Positions 59,645 to 64,000 of a stretch of DNA of 64,000 nucleotides are shown one piece after another. The stretch covers positions 5,120,001 through 5,184,000 of the forward strand of contig OZ250150.1 of the NCBI GenBank assembly GCA_965237675.1, read 5' to 3'. The number at the start of each line of letters is the position of its first letter. Position 1 is the first letter of the stretch. A program made the position numbers and the translations under genes. The notes below the pieces were generated by a model. That model did no database searches, had not been told where the DNA came from, and worked only from the letters and a program-made list of their open reading frames with translations. Source of the stretch: Candidatus Latescibacterota bacterium (GTDB lineage Bacteria > Latescibacterota > UBA2968 > GCA-2709665).

Positions 59645-62164
59645 ATGGATGACTTCGATACGCAGCAATGGATACACCCGGCCGGATTCGTGGATGCGGC
59701 AATCCTGGAAGAAATCAAGCGGAAGATCCGATCCCACGACTGGGCAAAAAAGGCCGTCGAGGAATTGCGGGAGAGTGTGCAGCCGTGGATGGCGCAATCC
59801 CTCGGCCGGATCGAGTCGCTGATGCCGAAGCGGAAGATGCAGGTATACTGGCTGCTGATGTGTCCTGTGTGCCATGAAAGGCTCAGGTTCGAACCATTCA
59901 ACGATCGCGAAGTCACTTGCCAACGGTGCGACGAAGCCCACGCGCTAAGTCAGCAATCCAAGGCGGTACATCTGACCGGCAAATACGCAGGGACCTTATA
60001 CGAAGGCTGGGGATGCTACTATATCCAGGCGATGGCAACCGCGGCACAAAACCTTGCGCTGTTGTACGCTCTCGATATGGATCGCACATACGCCGAAAGA
60101 AGCGCCGGGATCCTGAAGCTATTTGCAAAACACATTCAATCCCTACCCGTTCACGGGAGCGGCACCCAACATGTGATCTGGACCTATAATATGGAGGGCG
60201 ACTGCGTTATCGTGCTCGCGCTGTCGGAAGCCTATGAACTCCTCAGGTCCACCCACAACCTCTTTACCGCGCGAGAACACCGGCAGATCCAACGGAATCT
60301 GCTTCAACACTGGGCAGACGCGGTGTTCCGGGTCGAGGAGGACAGCAGCCCGCGACACAACGGGATGTACGCCTATCTCAGTTCGGTAGCGATGGTCGGC
60401 TGCGCCATCGAGAGCGCCGACTATGTGAACTGGGCTCTTGGCCATGGGATTTACGCTTCTGAACGGCGCCCCGACCACCGAGGCATCCGCTGGCTCACCC
60501 GGAATAACTACCTGGAAGACGGGGGATTCTGGGGCCTGTGCAGTGCATACCATCTGTATGCCCTCGGACCGAACTGCCGTGCACTCGTACTCGGCCACAG
60601 GCTCTCGCGTCAGATGCCGGACCTGTTCCCGCCGGATATCTATGACGAATTGCACCCCGGGAACAGCAGTTACGTCGCCGTGCGCCGCGCCATCAAATGG
60701 TTCACAGCACAGGCATTTCCGGATCTGACCGTAGCGCCAACAGGAGATATGGGAGGGCGCGCGAGTCTTGCCAGTTATCCGCTCACGGCCGAAATCGGAT
60801 ATCGCTACCTGAACGTTGACGAAACAGGTTCGTACCGCGAACTTCGGGAGGGTGACAGAGGATTGACCGGACTCCTGTTCGGCGCAGACACCATTGAAAA
60901 TAAATCTGTACCCTACCGGAGCGCCAACCTCTCGAGCGGGTACGTGGCATTGAAAAGGGAAGCCGGCGGCAACCGTCTGTACGCTGGCCTCAACGCTCTC
61001 CTGCCGGGATCGGGACACGCCCACGCGGATCGACTGAATCTAATCACCTATTCCCATGACCGGATGCTAACCGGCGAGAAGCGCACTCGCTACGAAGATC
61101 CCGACCAGCGTATATACAGTGGGGCGTCATACGCCCATAATACCGTAACCGTGGATGAAACGTCCCAGGTTCACGGGGACCAACTCAAGAATGAACAGAT
61201 TCCGTACATCCATTCATTCGTCGATCTTCCGGCGGGCCAGGTGGCCGAAGCCCACGGAGACCGCATTTATGGGCAGACGGCGATCTACCGGCGGATCGTT
61301 TGCCAGTTCGACACGTATCTACTGGATATCTTTCGCGTCCAGGGAGGGAAAACACATGACTGGTTTTACCACGGTATTGGAGAGACGCCAGAGATCCGGC
61401 TCCCCATGAAGGACAGAACCGGATTCGACCCGGCGCTTTATGTGATGCGGGGCGAACAGGAATACAAGGAGGGACTGGCGGAGGAGGCTTTCGCTGCGAC
61501 GTGGCGCATACCGGGCGAGCCCGAATCCTCTCATCGCGGCAGGCGAAAAGAAATGTTTTCCAGGGTTACCGTGTCGGGGTCGCCGGGTCAGGTTGCATTC
61601 CATCTGAACACATATCCGGACCCCGGCAGACACAGCCTCCTGGTTCGCCATCAATGCACAGATGCGCCGTTTGTTGCCGTCCACGAGGCCTACGTCGACA
61701 AACCCCGGGCTACCGATGTCCGGACTCTTCCGGTCGACGCCGCAACCATCGTCCAGATCTCGCACGCGGACGGTGGTAAACGTCATGCGATCTACGGCTC
61801 CGGTTCCGGGCCCGGTGGCCTCGGGCTGCGCGGCCGTTTCGCCGCAATTTGCCGGGACCCCGCCGGGCGGCCGTTGAGCATAATAATGGTCCACGCGAAA
61901 GAATTCAGTTCCGGCGGACTCCGCATCCGGGCGGAGCGGAACATTACAATGTCGGCCGTTTTCAACGACGAATCGATTCAGCTTGCATCCTGTCCACCGG
62001 TGGCCTACGAAACGCTGGAGGGACAATCTGTCTACAGAACCGGCCGCGATACCGAAATATGTATCGACATCCCGCAGGACGGATCGCGATCGGGGGATCG
62101 CATACAGACCCGGCTGCCGGGACAGACAGACAGCGGGCCTGTGTGCATCGAGGTAACGCGATAA
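59645..62164 (+). CDS. Heparinase II/III-like protein without an obvious signal peptide
   Basis: SD AAGGAGGT; DGGFW, GHAHADRL, AHNTVTVDE. Confidence 0.78.
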   Translation: MDDFDTQQWIHPAGFVDAAILEEIKRKIRSHDWAKKAVEELRESVQPWMAQSLGRIESLMPKRKMQVYWLLMCPVCHERLRFEPFNDREVTCQRCDEAHALSQQSKAVHLTGKYAGTLYEGWGCYYIQAMATAAQNLALLYALDMDRTYAERSAGILKLFAKHIQSLPVHGSGTQHVIWTYNMEGDCVIVLALSEAYELLRSTHNLFTAREHRQIQRNLLQHWADAVFRVEEDSSPRHNGMYAYLSSVAMVGCAIESADYVNWALGHGIYASERRPDHRGIRWLTRNNYLEDGGFWGLCSAYHLYALGPNCRALVLGHRLSRQMPDLFPPDIYDELHPGNSSYVAVRRAIKWFTAQAFPDLTVAPTGDMGGRASLASYPLTAEIGYRYLNVDETGSYRELREGDRGLTGLLFGADTIENKSVPYRSANLSSGYVALKREAGGNRLYAGLNALLPGSGHAHADRLNLITYSHDRMLTGEKRTRYEDPDQRIYSGASYAHNTVTVDETSQVHGDQLKNEQIPYIHSFVDLPAGQVAEAHGDRIYGQTAIYRRIVCQFDTYLLDIFRVQGGKTHDWFYHGIGETPEIRLPMKDRTGFDPALYVMRGEQEYKEGLAEEAFAATWRIPGEPESSHRGRRKEMFSRVTVSGSPGQVAFHLNTYPDPGRHSLLVRHQCTDAPFVAVHEAYVDKPRATDVRTLPVDAATIVQISHADGGKRHAIYGSGSGPGGLGLRGRFAAICRDPAGRPLSIIMVHAKEFSSGGLRIRAERNITMSAVFNDESIQLASCPPVAYETLEGQSVYRTGRDTEICIDIPQDGSRSGDRIQTRLPGQTDSGPVCIEVTR

Positions 62165-62335
62165 CACGGGCCCGATCGTCACATTCCCCACTTCAAAGGC
62201 CCGACCGGACTGCAGCGTATCTCGTGCGATCCACACCGCGCCGGCATAGGCCTACACGCTGCGGGTGGATGAATTGTCCCTATCTGGAAAACCGGGGCAC
62301 CCCAAAAGCGACATCGCTCCAAACGAATAAACCCT

Positions 62336-63304
62336 TCACTTCCTGCTGCCGCCGGCGTCCGCAATTTTGGGGCTGCCCGGCCCGACGGCATTCCGTACCG
62401 CAAAGTAGTCTTCGCGGGACAGTTGCTTCCCCGCCGCCCCCACGGCCTCGGCGATCTGATCGGGCGTCTTGATTCCACAAATCGCTACGTGAATCGACGG
62501 ATGCATCAGCGTGGCGCACAGCACCAACTGGTAAATCGTCAGGGCGTTGCGTTCCGCAATCGGCTTCAAGCTTTGCACCTTCGCACACAATTCTTCAAAC
62601 CGGTCTCCCTGAAAATCGGGATGATTGTTCCGAAAATCGTCAAACGTCTCTCTTCCTGTGTACTTCCCGCTGAGCAGTCCCTTGTGCATGGGCGAATAGA
62701 TCATCACCCCGACATTCTCCGACTGACAATAGGGCAACAGATCGCTCTCCCCGGCCGGCTCGATCAAACTGTACGGAGGCTGAATAACGGAATAGGCACC
62801 GAAGCGGCGCTGCGCACGGCATTGTTCGACTGTATGGTTGCTGAGGCCGAAACAGCGAATCTTTCCTTTATCCCGGAGTTTTTCGAGGGTTCCCGCGATA
62901 TCGGCAAGCGGCGTCAATGGGTCGTACATATGCAGCAGGTAAAGATCGATGGTCTCGACTCCCATCCGCTTGAGGGAAACGTCGCAACGCGCCACAATGT
63001 GTTCGGGAGAAAGATCGGGGCACCTTGAACCGTCGGGATTGAAATGATTGAACACTTTGGTCGCCAGTACGAGTTCGTCTCTCGGCAGATCTCTTACAAC
63101 CTCACCCAGCACGGTCTCAGCATAACCATCCCCGTAGGCCTCTGCTGTATCGAAAAAGTTGATTCCGCGGTCGAACGCGAACTTCATCGCAGCCATCGCG
63201 TCGTCCTTCGACTGCGGCCCCCAAAATCGGGGACTAAGCTGCCACGTGCCCACGGCTGTCGGTGAAACCGACAGGCCGCTTTCCCCAAGCACGACACGGT
63301 CCAT
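62336..63304 (-). CDS. Aldo/keto reductase
   Basis: FFDTAEAYG, ATKV, IDLYLLH, YSPMHKGLLSGKY. Confidence 0.93.
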   Translation of the reverse strand: MDRVVLGESGLSVSPTAVGTWQLSPRFWGPQSKDDAMAAMKFAFDRGINFFDTAEAYGDGYAETVLGEVVRDLPRDELVLATKVFNHFNPDGSRCPDLSPEHIVARCDVSLKRMGVETIDLYLLHMYDPLTPLADIAGTLEKLRDKGKIRCFGLSNHTVEQCRAQRRFGAYSVIQPPYSLIEPAGESDLLPYCQSENVGVMIYSPMHKGLLSGKYTGRETFDDFRNNHPDFQGDRFEELCAKVQSLKPIAERNALTIYQLVLCATLMHPSIHVAICGIKTPDQIAEAVGAAGKQLSREDYFAVRNAVGPGSPKIADAGGSRK

Positions 63305-63376
63305 TCCTATTCCTCCCGTAGTCGACGGGTGTTTTGGCTCTTCGCAACGTTTCCCTGGCGAACCCCGGTGGATCCG

Positions 63377-64000
63377 CTAACCGGCTGCGCGGACCCCCGC
63401 TTCTTCCATCGTACCCAGGCCCAGACCCCGCAGGTCCGCCATTGTGTTTGTTTCCTCGGCCTCGTACAGTTTCCATATCACCTTGAGTCCTTCAAGGCTG
63501 GATACGGGATCGGTCAACGGCTTTTGACCGGTCTCGATACAATCGATAAAATGCGCCATCTCCACTTCCGTGGGTTTGGTGTGTTTTTCCTCCAGCAACA
63601 CGATCTCCCGCTGTCCGGGATCGTGCTCGCCGGGCACGTGCTTTTCAACATCACCCAGGTACACGACTCGTCCCGTGCGCAGATGCAGTTCCACCATCCC
63701 CTTCTCGCAATGCGCGTGAAAGGAATATCCAAGCCGGGTGCCCCGAGCCCCCCAGGTGCCGAAATGATACCCAAGGACGCCGTCCTCAAACTCGATGCAC
63801 ACATTGCTCGTGCCCTCTCTCTCCATCCACGGCGTTCCCCGATTGGTGCCCAGGTGCACGCCCTTCACCGGTCTGCCCAGCATCCACAGCATTAAATCGA
63901 CATAGTGACAGCCGTGGCTGAAAAATTGGCCGCCACCGAGAGTACCGGCCCTGCAGTGCCAACTCTCCGGCTCGCGCTGCGTATGCTGCTCGGTCCAGAT
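63377..64000 (-). CDS. Gfo/Idh/MocA oxidoreductase, C-terminal part (5' end outside the window)
   Basis: IWTEQ...GGGQFFSHGCHYVDLMLW; HFIDCIETGQKPLTD. Confidence 0.8.
   Translation of the reverse strand: MWTEQHTQREPESWHCRAGTLGGGQFFSHGCHYVDLMLWMLGRPVKGVHLGTNRGTPWMEREGTSNVCIEFEDGVLGYHFGTWGARGTRLGYSFHAHCEKGMVELHLRTGRVVYLGDVEKHVPGEHDPGQREIVLLEEKHTKPTEVEMAHFIDCIETGQKPLTDPVSSLEGLKVIWKLYEAEETNTMADLRGLGLGTMEEAGVRAAG

Overview
A GC-rich bacterial chromosomal window with no rRNA, tRNA, CRISPR array or intact transposase. The combination of multiple PhyH-family dioxygenases, three heparinase II/III-like lyases, a sulfatase and Gfo/Idh/MocA enzymes resembles sponge- or sediment-associated Latescibacterota/Poribacteria-like genomes (inference only). 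Left to right, the window holds: an Omp85/BamA-type protein with peptidase and beta-propeller domains; hydantoinase A and B genes with an NCS2 permease; ilvB and an archaeal-type valS, each behind a leader-peptide attenuator; an ECF sigma/anti-sigma/Spy module with a duplicated promoter motif; a binding protein/TorS-like kinase/PP2C partner-switching cluster next to amt; a TPP riboswitch with thiC; a PhyH-rich enzyme cluster; an M56 peptidase fused to four TonB-C domains; and glycan lyase/deacylase genes. The best candidates for something new are: (1) four of five PhyH-like enzymes carry H-x-A/G instead of H-x-D, the signature of Fe/2OG halogenases; (2) ribosome-mediated Val attenuation of valS; (3) a binding-protein-gated partner switch beside amt, which sits between relics of a CP-ATP-grasp/alpha-E system; (4) an internal in-frame start in the M56-TonB gene. 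About seven gene remnants and two copies of a MITE-like element point to ongoing erosion. All calls come from reading motifs by eye; no database searches were run.
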